The translations under genes were made by a program, and so were the position numbers. DNA of 29,012 nt from a virus (lineage: Duplodnaviria > Caudoviricetes). The notes under the pieces are model-generated. The model was not told the origin of the DNA. It saw only the letters and a list, made by a program, of their open reading frames with translations, and made no database searches. Within the stretch, counting starts at the first letter, position 1, and the number at the start of each line of letters is the position of its first letter. The stretch spans positions 1-29,012 of IMG/VR virus record IMGVR_UViG_3300005512_000237; one strand, 5' to 3'. This document shows, in pieces, positions 15,317 through 24,304 of this stretch.

Positions 15317-16012
15317 ATGCTGACAACAGCAAGACTCATTAGTTACAGTCAACCACCAGAAGGAGAATTATATGTCGGTAACGATGTACAGGAACTTATA
15401 TCGTATTGCGCCCGTGTCTCCAATCCAGCGAACCAACAATCGCACAAAACGAGCGAAAAACTCATACGATATCTATGCAAACACAAACATTGGTCACCAT
15501 TGGAGATGGCTAGCGCTTGCATAGAGATTGAGACTACAAGAGATATTGCACACCAAATTGTGCGTCATCGTAGTTTTAGTTTTCAAGAGTTTTCACAACG
15601 GTATGCAGAACCATCTGCAATGGGAGATGCATTTACCAAAAGAGAATGCCGTTTACAAGACTATGAAAATCGTCAGAACTCGATTGAGATTGAAAATGAT
15701 CCCTCATTGATTGAGAATCAGAAATATCAAGATTTGATTACAGAGTGGACTCGTAGACAGATGGGTGTTATCGAAACATCTCGTAAAGCATACCAATGGG
15801 CGATTGATAATGGTATTGCGAAAGAACAGGCTCGTGCAGTCCTACCAGAAGGTTTGACAAAGACACGATTGTATATGAATGGAACACTACGTTCATGGAT
15901 TCATTATATTGAGTTGCGTTCTGCAAACGGAACACAAAAGGAGCATATGGAAGTTGCACAGAAGTGTGCGATTGAGATTGCTAAAATCTTCCCACTAATG
16001 GAGAAATTGTAA
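15317..16012 (+). CDS. thyX: flavin-dependent thymidylate synthase
   Basis: RHRSFSFQEFSQRY motif, HWSPLE, EQARAVLP, TQKEH; start moved to 15317 after AAGGA. Confidence 0.95.
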   Translation: MLTTARLISYSQPPEGELYVGNDVQELISYCARVSNPANQQSHKTSEKLIRYLCKHKHWSPLEMASACIEIETTRDIAHQIVRHRSFSFQEFSQRYAEPSAMGDAFTKRECRLQDYENRQNSIEIENDPSLIENQKYQDLITEWTRRQMGVIETSRKAYQWAIDNGIAKEQARAVLPEGLTKTRLYMNGTLRSWIHYIELRSANGTQKEHMEVAQKCAIEIAKIFPLMEKL

Positions 16013-16296
16013 TGTATAAATTTATTTTTGAAGATGAAGATCGCCCTTGCCCATATGGTATCACTGATCCATACCATACTAAAAGGATTGAGTTCCAAGT
16101 TAAAGATAATTCTAGTTTGGATGAGATGTTAGATGCATTTGAAAACTTCCTCAAGGCGAATGGTTATCACTTTGATGGTAATCTGGACATCGTGCCTGAA
16201 CATAGTTTTGATGAAACTGTTCGTGGGGATGCAACGCCACAAGAGTGGAATAATGCATATCAAAATGTGACTGTAAAATATAAAGAGCATGACTAG
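16012..16296 (+). CDS. hypothetical protein
   Basis: TAATG-coupled; LDEMLDAFENFLKANGY. Confidence 0.78.
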   Translation: MYKFIFEDEDRPCPYGITDPYHTKRIEFQVKDNSSLDEMLDAFENFLKANGYHFDGNLDIVPEHSFDETVRGDATPQEWNNAYQNVTVKYKEHD

Positions 16297-17122
16297 TAGA
16301 GTATTTGTTTTAGGTAATGGTGAGTCCAGAAAGAATGTAAATCTGGACGATCTCAAATCAGTCGGCCCAGTATATGGATGCAATGCACTGTATCGTGACT
16401 TCACACCAGATGCACTAATTTGTGTAGACGGTGGAATGATGCATGAAGTATATTCCTCTGGTTATGCAACAAATAATAAATGTTACTTTCGTTCATGGAG
16501 TAAACTGCCTGGCGAAATGTATGATATGTTAGTTGAAGGCACTATTTTTGATAGTGATGGATATACCATTGAGAATCCAAAACAAGGTAGAAAAGAGTTT
16601 GTTCTTAATGGAACTGACCCTAATCAAATAAGACAGTTATACGAATATCATATAAACAAAGGCTCTGATAAAAGAACAATTGATGAGTTGTTGTCAAAAC
16701 ATAACAGATGGATTACATGGTTAGAAGAAAACGATGAAGTTCATCTTATATCAGAAGAATATGGTGGTTGGAGTGCAGGCCCAATCGCAGTAAGAATCGC
16801 TATCGAAAATCATAATCCAACAGATGTATTTCTAATTGGATTTGATTTGGGTAGTGTAGATGGAAAGGTAAACAATGTGTATAAAGGCACAGACAATTAT
16901 CTTTCTGGTGAGGCAGTTGTAACCCCAGCAACAAACTGGATACAACAACACTCACAAAACTTTGCAGACTATCCCGATACGATGTTCTGGAAAGTAAACC
17001 CCGCTCCACTAGGAACTGACGATACTTGTCAGTTAGTTGAGGAGTGGGAAAAATACGAAAACCTTCAATACATTGAGCAAGAAAATTTAGATTTAGTTCT
17101 TGACTTTGGTTGGATGATGTAG
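16289..17122 (+). CDS. Rossmann-like protein (DUF115/Maf/glycosyltransferase-like)
   Basis: VFVLGNGESR...YGCNALYRDF.PD.LICVD and VFLIGFD motifs. Confidence 0.6.
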   Translation: MTSRVFVLGNGESRKNVNLDDLKSVGPVYGCNALYRDFTPDALICVDGGMMHEVYSSGYATNNKCYFRSWSKLPGEMYDMLVEGTIFDSDGYTIENPKQGRKEFVLNGTDPNQIRQLYEYHINKGSDKRTIDELLSKHNRWITWLEENDEVHLISEEYGGWSAGPIAVRIAIENHNPTDVFLIGFDLGSVDGKVNNVYKGTDNYLSGEAVVTPATNWIQQHSQNFADYPDTMFWKVNPAPLGTDDTCQLVEEWEKYENLQYIEQENLDLVLDFGWMM

Positions 17123-17133
17123 TATTATAAATA
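17100..17133 (+). promoter_or_regulatory. overlapping sigma70 and late promoters for gp32
   Basis: TTGACT 17100-17105, 17 nt, TATTAT 17123-17128; TATAAATA 17126-17133. Confidence 0.75.
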
Positions 17134-17220
17134 CTATTATATGATGAGATGCATACTTATACTATGCAAAATGTGAAATACTTAAACATACGAAAAACAT
17201 ATACACATAAGGAGAAAAAT

Positions 17221-18114
17221 ATGTCTATTTCAGCGCTTAGAAACCAGAACTCTCTGGACAAACTACTTCAACAAGTCCAAAAGGACGAATCCCCTACAAC
17301 CGAAAAGAAGTCCTATGTGGACGAACGGCTATGGAAACCTAATGTTGACAAGTCAGGCAATGGTTACGCAGTTATCCGATTCCTGCCTGCACCAAAAGGT
17401 GAGGAGATGCCTTGGGTTCGTGTATGGAATCATGCATTCCAAGGGCCAACAGGTCAGTGGTATATTGAGAACTCTCTGACTACTCTTAATCAGAAAGACC
17501 CAGTGTCAGAGTATAACACTCAACTGTGGAATTCTGGTGTAGAATCTGACAAAGAGATTGCTCGTAAGCAGAAAAGAAAACTGTCTTACTATGCAAATAT
17601 CTATGTTGTTGAGGATACAATGAATCCAGAGAACAACGGTAAGGTAATGCTGTATAAGTTTGGTAAGAAGATTTTCGACAAACTTATGGAAGCCATGCAG
17701 CCTGAGTTTGCAGACGAAACACCAATCAATCCTTTTGATTTGTGGGAAGGTGCGAACTTCAAGTTGAAAATTCGTAAGGTTGATGGATACTGGAACTATG
17801 ATAAATCAGAGTTCGATTCTGTATCTGCACTAAAATCAACTGATGAAGAGTTGGAATCAATCTACAATGCAGAACATTCTCTTGCAGACTTTGTAGCTCC
17901 AAACAACTTCAAATCGTATGACGAACTGAAAACTCGTTTGGATGCAGTTCTTTCTGGAACTGTTGTTGCAACAAAGACTGCTGCCGCAATGGTAGAAGAG
18001 GATGAAGCACCATTCAAACCAAACTTCAAATCAGAACCAAATCCAACTATGGCTGCGGTTGATGACGATGATGATGACGCAATGTCATACTTTGAAAAGT
18101 TGGCGAATGAATAA
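17221..18114 (+). CDS. gp32: single-stranded DNA-binding protein gp32
   Basis: D.R.WKP..DKSGNGYAVIRFLPA, WYIENS, GKKIFDK, GANFKLK, NYDKSEF, acidic tail; start moved to 17221 after AAGGAG. Confidence 0.96.
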   Translation: MSISALRNQNSLDKLLQQVQKDESPTTEKKSYVDERLWKPNVDKSGNGYAVIRFLPAPKGEEMPWVRVWNHAFQGPTGQWYIENSLTTLNQKDPVSEYNTQLWNSGVESDKEIARKQKRKLSYYANIYVVEDTMNPENNGKVMLYKFGKKIFDKLMEAMQPEFADETPINPFDLWEGANFKLKIRKVDGYWNYDKSEFDSVSALKSTDEELESIYNAEHSLADFVAPNNFKSYDELKTRLDAVLSGTVVATKTAAAMVEEDEAPFKPNFKSEPNPTMAAVDDDDDDAMSYFEKLANE

Positions 18115-18197
18115 GGTATAGTAGTAAAGTCCTTTGTGCAGTAAGTCTCTCTGAGTCGTAACACCACATAAAAAGACTACTAATTAGAAAAAGAAGT

Positions 18198-18229
18198 GGG
18201 AGGCATCAGAAATGGTGTCTCCCTTTCTT
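18198..18229 (+). terminator. intrinsic terminator after gp32
   Basis: GGGAGGCATC / GGTGTCTCCC stem followed by TTTCTT. Confidence 0.75.
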
Positions 18230-18236
18230 ATAAATA
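18229..18236 (+). promoter_or_regulatory. T4-type late promoter
   Basis: TATAAATA. Confidence 0.8.
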
Positions 18237-18241
18237 ATCAC

Positions 18242-18715
18242 ATGATTAGTTTCGATGTAGAAAATATTACCAAAGGTATTGGTGTAGTCACTGCCAGTCT
18301 TGCATTGATTGGTGGTAGTTATACTCTATGGGATAAGATTGAGAGTAAGGATATTCTTACTTGGGCTCCAGAACACTTCACTGTTTCTGATGGCCCAAGA
18401 GATGGTTCTTTTGATGTTATCGTTGCAAGAGAAAAACACAGAGATGACTGTAAAGTTACTGGATTTAGACTTGAAGTCAAAGACAGTAAGTATATGGTTC
18501 ACACTGCATCCCCTAGTATTGCAAAGTTTTCAGGCCCTGCTAGTGACAAGATAGATAAGTTTGGTTTTTCATTTAGTATAGATGAAGAACACATCCACAT
18601 GATACCAAAGGGTGAAGCAACTCTACTTGCACATATTGACTATGAATGTCCAGAAGGCCCTGTAGTAGTCAACTATCCAGATCACGAAAATTTAAAATTT
18701 AATATCACTGATTAA
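18242..18715 (+). CDS. membrane-anchored hypothetical late protein
   Basis: start moved to ATG 18242 because ATG 18212 lies inside the terminator; N-terminal TM, two Cys. Confidence 0.72.
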   Translation: MISFDVENITKGIGVVTASLALIGGSYTLWDKIESKDILTWAPEHFTVSDGPRDGSFDVIVAREKHRDDCKVTGFRLEVKDSKYMVHTASPSIAKFSGPASDKIDKFGFSFSIDEEHIHMIPKGEATLLAHIDYECPEGPVVVNYPDHENLKFNITD

Positions 18716-18723
18716 ACCTTCTT

Positions 18724-18731
18724 TATAAATA
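18724..18731 (+). promoter_or_regulatory. T4-type late promoter
   Basis: TATAAATA, overlapped by an 11-bp inverted repeat (18728-18738 / 18753-18763). Confidence 0.78.
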
Positions 18732-18797
18732 GTATTGTGAGTTGAGAAGAAAACAATACTATTACCTTATCATTTGTAACGTAACAAGGAAATACAA

Positions 18798-19286
18798 ATG
18801 ATAGATCCAATTACCGCTCTGGCGACTGCCACGAGTGCATTTAATCTTATCAAAAAAGGTTTTGAAGTCGGTCGTGATGTAGAATCTATGGGTTCTGATC
18901 TTGGACGCTGGATGGGCGCTATGTCTGACCTCAAGAAGGCAGAAGAATACGCCAAGAAACCACCCCTATTCAAAAAAATATTTAACGCTGGTTCAGTCGA
19001 AGAAGAAGCCATGGCCGCATTCATGGCGAAGAAGAAGGCAGAGGATATGCGTGATGAACTCAAGAAATTGATTTCTTGGACACGAGGGCCTTCTGCATGG
19101 GATGAACTTATACGCATGGAAGCAGAGATTCGTAAGAAGAGACAACAAGCAATATACGATCAACAAGAAAGACAGAGAAAACTTTTTGAGGGTGTTGCTA
19201 TCGTGTTTTTGATTGGTATTTGTGCAGCAGTTCTTATTGGTGGTGCTTGGTGGTTAATAGAGTATAAAGCAAACAGAGGTTACTAA
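18798..19286 (+). CDS. coiled-coil protein with C-terminal TM helix
   Basis: MIDPITALATA N-terminus, SD AAGGA, C-terminal hydrophobic helix. Confidence 0.82.
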   Translation: MIDPITALATATSAFNLIKKGFEVGRDVESMGSDLGRWMGAMSDLKKAEEYAKKPPLFKKIFNAGSVEEEAMAAFMAKKKAEDMRDELKKLISWTRGPSAWDELIRMEAEIRKKRQQAIYDQQERQRKLFEGVAIVFLIGICAAVLIGGAWWLIEYKANRGY

Positions 19287-19474
19287 TGTTAATCGCATTG
19301 ATTGTTATCACAACATATTTAATTGGTATGTTATTTTATGTAGCATGGATGGATGATAAAATACATAATCCACCACATATACCAGAAACAGACGCAGAAA
19401 AACTTGTTCGTAGTATAAAATTACGAATTGCAGATGCACAATGGAAGTTTAGAAAAGAACTAGGTGAGTTATGA
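19286..19474 (+). CDS. small membrane protein
   Basis: TAATG coupling; N-terminal TM. Confidence 0.7.
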   Translation: MLIALIVITTYLIGMLFYVAWMDDKIHNPPHIPETDAEKLVRSIKLRIADAQWKFRKELGEL

Positions 19475-19701
19475 TACACGCATTCATGCTAGTTGTTGTT
19501 TTGGGTGTGGGTGACGATAGAAGAGAACAACCCAATCCTATGATATTCAGAAGCATCAATACCTGTCTATACTATGCAGAGAAGATTCCTAAACAGTATG
19601 GTAACTATAGGTATAGAGACTATATTCCAGCAAAAGATAGAATTACTGCATATTGCAAGCCTGTCTATGTCAAAGACGGGCCTAACATCTACGATCACTA
19701 A
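19471..19701 (+). CDS. small hypothetical protein
   Basis: ATGA coupling; hydrophobic N-terminus, C...YCKP. Confidence 0.7.
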   Translation: MIHAFMLVVVLGVGDDRREQPNPMIFRSINTCLYYAEKIPKQYGNYRYRDYIPAKDRITAYCKPVYVKDGPNIYDH

Positions 19702-22316
19702 CCAGAGTTTCTAGCAAAACTTGCCGCAGAACTATTATCTTGCATATTAATAGGCATTGCATAAGAACCCCCACCACCATTTGTAATATTTGTAATATTA
19801 GTTGATGGAGCGCTGACTACATTGGTTGAAGGAGTCTGGTACTCTCTAGCAATATCATTTGCAGTAGTAGTTGATTGTTCAAGAGCACCACCTTGATTTG
19901 AAGGCGCACCCATACTAATTCCACGATACTCTAGTTCTGCTTTTGCCTGATCTGGTTCAATCTGAACATTCCCATCAGATGTATATCTAAAGTATACTTT
20001 GTGTGCAGTAGTATTTGTATAACCATACTGTAGTCCAGTTGGAAGTTTTGCGTCTTGGGCAACCTGTTTATCTCGTTTTTGTAGAAGTTGTTCTTCTTGG
20101 CTAGCAAGTCTTCTCTGAGCGTCTTTATTTCTTCTTAGATCAAGTCTTCTATTTGGAGATATTTCTTCTGCTTGTTGTTTTAGTTTTTCTTTTTCTGCTC
20201 TGAGTTGTGTCAATTGATCATCAATTGATTGAACCTCAGCAGAAACTTGTTGTGTCTCATTTCCAACCTGTTCTGGTTCTGAAGATTCTACTTGATACTT
20301 TGCAAACTCCCTTTCCATTGCTTGGAGTTTCATAGCATCTATACCTCGACCAATTGCATCTGGGCCAGTATAGACATTTTCACCAGCATTTGATCTGGTA
20401 ATCCTATCACGAATCTCATCCATCTGGGCTTGAACTGCTGCAGCTTGATCTGCTGACATGGTTGGAGCGGGATCTGACATATCCCCCTCAGAACTTTCCA
20501 TTTGTTCATCTGGCATAGTTCCTTCACCACCAGAAGTAACTTCATTATAAACTCTACTAAATGCTTCGCCAGGACTTTCCCCGCCAGGCAACATTGCCTT
20601 TACTGCGGCCCAACCACCTTTAGCAAGACCTTTCATAATTCTTCCAATGGAGAACAGTCCATCCATTAGTCCACCAAAGTCTAGTGTAAATAGTCCTGTG
20701 AACCAATCCCATATAGAAGCGACAGTATCCTTAATTAATCCTAATAGACTAAATGGTTTTTCTGGATCACCAAAGGAAAATAATCCCATAATCCAATTAA
20801 TTGCAGCATCAATTGGCATTGTAATCAACCCCCATAGACTACTAATACCACCAGTTAGTCCATCCCAAAGTGCCTGTAGTGCAGCTAATGGATCACTGAA
20901 TATGTTTGTTACAAATTCATAAACTTTTCTAAATGGAAGTGTAATCATATCAAACAATCCACCAAATGTTTCACTTAACCATGATACAACTTTTCCAACT
21001 GTAGAGGTTTCACCAAAGAATAGATATTCAAATGCATTTTTAAGTGCTCTGAATGGAGCCATAAAAATATCAAATAGACCACCAAAGATACCTGTAACAG
21101 TATCAATAACAAAATTTATCGGCACCATTATAAGGTTTTTGATACCATCCCAAATTGCCTGAAAACCACCAGCAATATCACCACTAAAGATCATCATAAT
21201 ACCACCAAAGATGTTATCAATCTGCTCAAATACTGCCATAATTGCAGTTCCAAACGCTTTGATTGGTGCCATGATTACATCAAATAGTCCACCAAAGATA
21301 CCAGTAACAGTATCAATAACAAGTCCAATAGGAGTAATAATTAAGTCCATTACGAACCCAAAGATACCTCTTAAAGATTCTACTAGTGGAAATGCATCTA
21401 AAGCACTCGCAAGGTTTTCCATACCAAGAGCATTTAATGCCCATACAGTTACATCTTTAAGTAAGTTGAGTGGTAGTCCGATAAACCAATCAAATAGTTT
21501 CATCATACCTTCTTTAAGACCACCAAAGATACCGTCTAATTTGAACCCTTCAATAAACCCTGTGATAAATCCAATTGCAGCAGTGATACCAGCAACAACT
21601 GCAACGATAGGAAGTGCAAGAGGAGCAAGTGCCGCACCGAATGCTGTGATTGCTGGAATAATAGTAGCAGTAATAACGGTTACAATACCCATTATTGCAG
21701 CCTTCATTCCCAGAATACTACCTAAGAAACCACCAAAGGTTTTCTTTCCTTCTTTTCCATCACCACCACCATCATCACCACCAATTCCTTCAACTGCATT
21801 GATTAGTTGTTCGGTTTGTCTTCTTTGTTCATTTGCTGTTTCAACTTCAGCAGCAGACATAGTATCTTCTTTACCTTGTGCTACCAAAGATTCCTTCATC
21901 TGACGAGTATTATCTGCAATGTCAGCAAACAAGTCTTTTTGTTCAACTTGTGCTTCGTTGATTGAGTCTAGTTTGTCCCCAGATGATTTTTCTACATTGA
22001 TATTTTCAGAGTGTTCTCTTTTGTCTAGTTTAGATTCTGCAATACTACTTTTGAATCTAAGGACAGCATTTCTACCAATTTGTCCAGTGACTTTACTCAA
22101 TGTTCCCATGCCAGGAATCGCATCAGCAAACGCTTTCAGTGGTGATGTTATTGTTCCTACAACATCTCCCAAACCACTTTTTATATCATCTTTAATAATA
22201 GTGCCAACACCCTCTGTGATAGCAGAGTTGTCTGCATTATCTTTAGTTATGTCTATAAGCTTATCTGTTTTAGTATTAACAGATTTTAGTTCGCTGACGA
22301 CTGAGTCTAGTGCCAT
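19698..22316 (-). CDS. tape measure / baseplate hub-like protein (gp29 position)
   Basis: 872 aa, long amphipathic Gly/Phe/Trp-periodic repeats, located downstream of gp26/gp51. Confidence 0.75.
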   Translation of the reverse strand: MALDSVVSELKSVNTKTDKLIDITKDNADNSAITEGVGTIIKDDIKSGLGDVVGTITSPLKAFADAIPGMGTLSKVTGQIGRNAVLRFKSSIAESKLDKREHSENINVEKSSGDKLDSINEAQVEQKDLFADIADNTRQMKESLVAQGKEDTMSAAEVETANEQRRQTEQLINAVEGIGGDDGGGDGKEGKKTFGGFLGSILGMKAAIMGIVTVITATIIPAITAFGAALAPLALPIVAVVAGITAAIGFITGFIEGFKLDGIFGGLKEGMMKLFDWFIGLPLNLLKDVTVWALNALGMENLASALDAFPLVESLRGIFGFVMDLIITPIGLVIDTVTGIFGGLFDVIMAPIKAFGTAIMAVFEQIDNIFGGIMMIFSGDIAGGFQAIWDGIKNLIMVPINFVIDTVTGIFGGLFDIFMAPFRALKNAFEYLFFGETSTVGKVVSWLSETFGGLFDMITLPFRKVYEFVTNIFSDPLAALQALWDGLTGGISSLWGLITMPIDAAINWIMGLFSFGDPEKPFSLLGLIKDTVASIWDWFTGLFTLDFGGLMDGLFSIGRIMKGLAKGGWAAVKAMLPGGESPGEAFSRVYNEVTSGGEGTMPDEQMESSEGDMSDPAPTMSADQAAAVQAQMDEIRDRITRSNAGENVYTGPDAIGRGIDAMKLQAMEREFAKYQVESSEPEQVGNETQQVSAEVQSIDDQLTQLRAEKEKLKQQAEEISPNRRLDLRRNKDAQRRLASQEEQLLQKRDKQVAQDAKLPTGLQYGYTNTTAHKVYFRYTSDGNVQIEPDQAKAELEYRGISMGAPSNQGGALEQSTTTANDIAREYQTPSTNVVSAPSTNITNITNGGGGSYAMPINMQDNSSAASFARNSG

Positions 22317-22327
22317 TTAAATTTACC

Positions 22328-22684
22328 TTATTTCTTTTTGTCTGAATATGCATTACCAGCAAAGAAAGCAGCTACAATTGCAGCAACAGATACGAAATAT
22401 GTTGCAGCCATGTCACCCAAAATCTTTGAAGCATTTTCAAGTCCAACCAAATTTGCAATTACTACTGCAAAAGGATATAGTAACATACCAAATAATGCAA
22501 ACCATGCCATTTGACGCATAGCATCTCTACGGGCATCAGCATCTTCAAGTGCTTTTCTTTTAAATTCCAAATCCATCTCCAATTCTTCTTTGGAAATATG
22601 TCCATCACCATTAGTGTCTTTTTTAGCAACCTCAGCATCAACGGTTACTGTTTTTTTCTCTTCCTCTGCCACAATATTCTCCAT
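22328..22684 (-). CDS. EF-hand-loop plus two-TM membrane protein (holin-like candidate)
   Basis: DTNGDGHISKEE loop, two hydrophobic helices, basic C-terminus. Confidence 0.65.
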   Translation of the reverse strand: MENIVAEEEKKTVTVDAEVAKKDTNGDGHISKEELEMDLEFKRKALEDADARRDAMRQMAWFALFGMLLYPFAVVIANLVGLENASKILGDMAATYFVSVAAIVAAFFAGNAYSDKKK

Positions 22685-22692
22685 AGTGATAT

Positions 22693-22890
22693 TTATCCTC
22701 TTTTATTGGATGCTGCGTGACGGTTTTTCATGTTCTCTTCTTCTAAATGGTTTAATAGTAGAGTAACATAAATCTCCCTCTCCCACGGCATCATATTTTC
22801 TATCTCTGTCAAAGAATATTTGTGATGTTGCATTAATCCAAAATTTAACTTGTAATAATTTTCCAAGCTATTATGGGAGAGGGCTACTAA
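22693..22890 (-). CDS. gp51: baseplate hub assembly chaperone gp51-like frame (not in ORF track; first ATG at 22833)
   Basis: LVALSHNSLENYYKLNFGLMQHHKYSLTEIENMMPWEREIYVTLL...; open from the T8 run at the end of gp26. Confidence 0.82.
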   Translation of the reverse strand, partial: LVALSHNSLENYYKLNFGLMQHHKYSLTEIENMMPWEREIYVTLLLNHLEEENMKNRHAASNKRG

Positions 22891-23591
22891 AAAAAAGTGT
22901 TTAGCCCCTCTAATACAACTTCACTCTCAACACCAGTATTTGGATTTTTAACTTTAACAGAATGTTTCACTTTAGGCATAGTATTAAAAAACTCTTGAAT
23001 TTTCAAGAATTGGTCGTGTGACATAGATTCAATAAACTCATCCAATTCTTTTTCATCCATATCATTTCTATCATATACATTTTCTGCATCATAGATTTGT
23101 CTGACACACGCTTTAATCATAGCAAATGCGGTTTCAGCATCTCCAGCAGTCTCATCAATTTCAGCTACACTTGCAACTCTTGGATAGTCCATAACAACAC
23201 CAATTGTATCTGTAATTTTGATATTGGTATCGTGTCCTACTTCTTTGTGACACTGAACATCAGAAAGGTTAATGTCAACCTTAACTTTTGTTTTCTTGTC
23301 GTCTGGACAAGTAATACTTACTGTAGTTTTCTCACCAATTGATTTTGATCTTAACTGAAGAAAGATATATTCAAGATCGAAGAACGGAATCTTCTTTGAA
23401 TTAACTTTTTCAAATGTGCAGGCATCAACAATATCTTCTACTGCTCGTAGAATATCTGATTGTTGTCCAGACTGTTGTGCCAACATTAATACTTTTTCCT
23501 CTTTTACAAGGAAAGGACGATATTCAACTTTTTCACCAGTTGAAGGGAGCGTCAATTCATATTTCGCCGAGGCGAGTTTTGGTAATGCCAT
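22887..23591 (-). CDS. gp26: baseplate hub subunit / assembly chaperone gp26
   Basis: MALPKL...YELTLPS.G..V.YRPFLVKEEK, FDLEYIFLQLRSKSIGE, LEGL..FF end. Confidence 0.9.
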   Translation of the reverse strand: MALPKLASAKYELTLPSTGEKVEYRPFLVKEEKVLMLAQQSGQQSDILRAVEDIVDACTFEKVNSKKIPFFDLEYIFLQLRSKSIGEKTTVSITCPDDKKTKVKVDINLSDVQCHKEVGHDTNIKITDTIGVVMDYPRVASVAEIDETAGDAETAFAMIKACVRQIYDAENVYDRNDMDEKELDEFIESMSHDQFLKIQEFFNTMPKVKHSVKVKNPNTGVESEVVLEGLNTFF

Positions 23592-23620
23592 AATTTATCT
23601 CCTATTGTGCATTATATTAG

Positions 23621-24304
23621 TTATAGTCCTCCACGACCATTAAATCTTCTAAATCTGTCACGAACCGCTTGAACTTGAGCAAACGGATTTTGAGTATTTG
23701 GACTTCCTCTATCTATTACTCCTCTATTAGATGATGTCGGATTGTTTCTATCATCATTTGCATTTCCATTTGAGTCAATCATGTATAATTCTTTGAATAC
23801 CATTTCGACTGACATTTCTGAAATTGATGAAGCACTGTCATGTGAAAATTCTAACGGGCCTATTGTTTTTGGATAACAATCTAAAAGTTTTATACCAGCA
23901 GTTCTTTTATCTTGCATATCTAATTGCCAGATACTTACTGATGCTTTGTAGTTATTATAGTATTCTAGATTGTATGTGTCTGGTTTATAGATATAGTTCA
24001 TCCATGTTTCAAAATACTTTCTCTCTTCCATTTGTGCAGTAACAAAGAAAGTCATTTGAATAGTTTCTGCATATGTAACACCTTGTGCCATCTGAAAAGA
24101 TGGGCCGTAGATATTTTCATTAGGAACTGTTCTTAGATTCTTGCCTGGAAAGTCTGTTGACTTCACCATAAACGATGCGTGTCTATCTTCCTCTAGTGAT
24201 GGAAAAACAGCGAAAGGACAAATGATTTCTACCTCAAACCTGTTAGGACGAGCAGCCCCACCATATTTGTTAAACTTTCCAATAAAATCGTCTAAAACTG
24301 CCAT
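23621..24304 (-). CDS. tail tube-fold protein (gp54/gp19-like)
   Basis: GAARPNRFEV, FPGK, FETWM, L.DCYP..IGPLEFS tube-fold motifs. Confidence 0.75.
   Translation of the reverse strand: MAVLDDFIGKFNKYGGAARPNRFEVEIICPFAVFPSLEEDRHASFMVKSTDFPGKNLRTVPNENIYGPSFQMAQGVTYAETIQMTFFVTAQMEERKYFETWMNYIYKPDTYNLEYYNNYKASVSIWQLDMQDKRTAGIKLLDCYPKTIGPLEFSHDSASSISEMSVEMVFKELYMIDSNGNANDDRNNPTSSNRGVIDRGSPNTQNPFAQVQAVRDRFRRFNGRGGL

Noticed and set aside
18061-18078. GAT/GAC microsatellite
   Set aside because: Encodes the normal acidic C-terminal tail of gp32.
20647-22720. Plus-strand ORFs opposite the tape measure and EF-hand genes
   Set aside because: Antisense shadows with no recognisable motifs.
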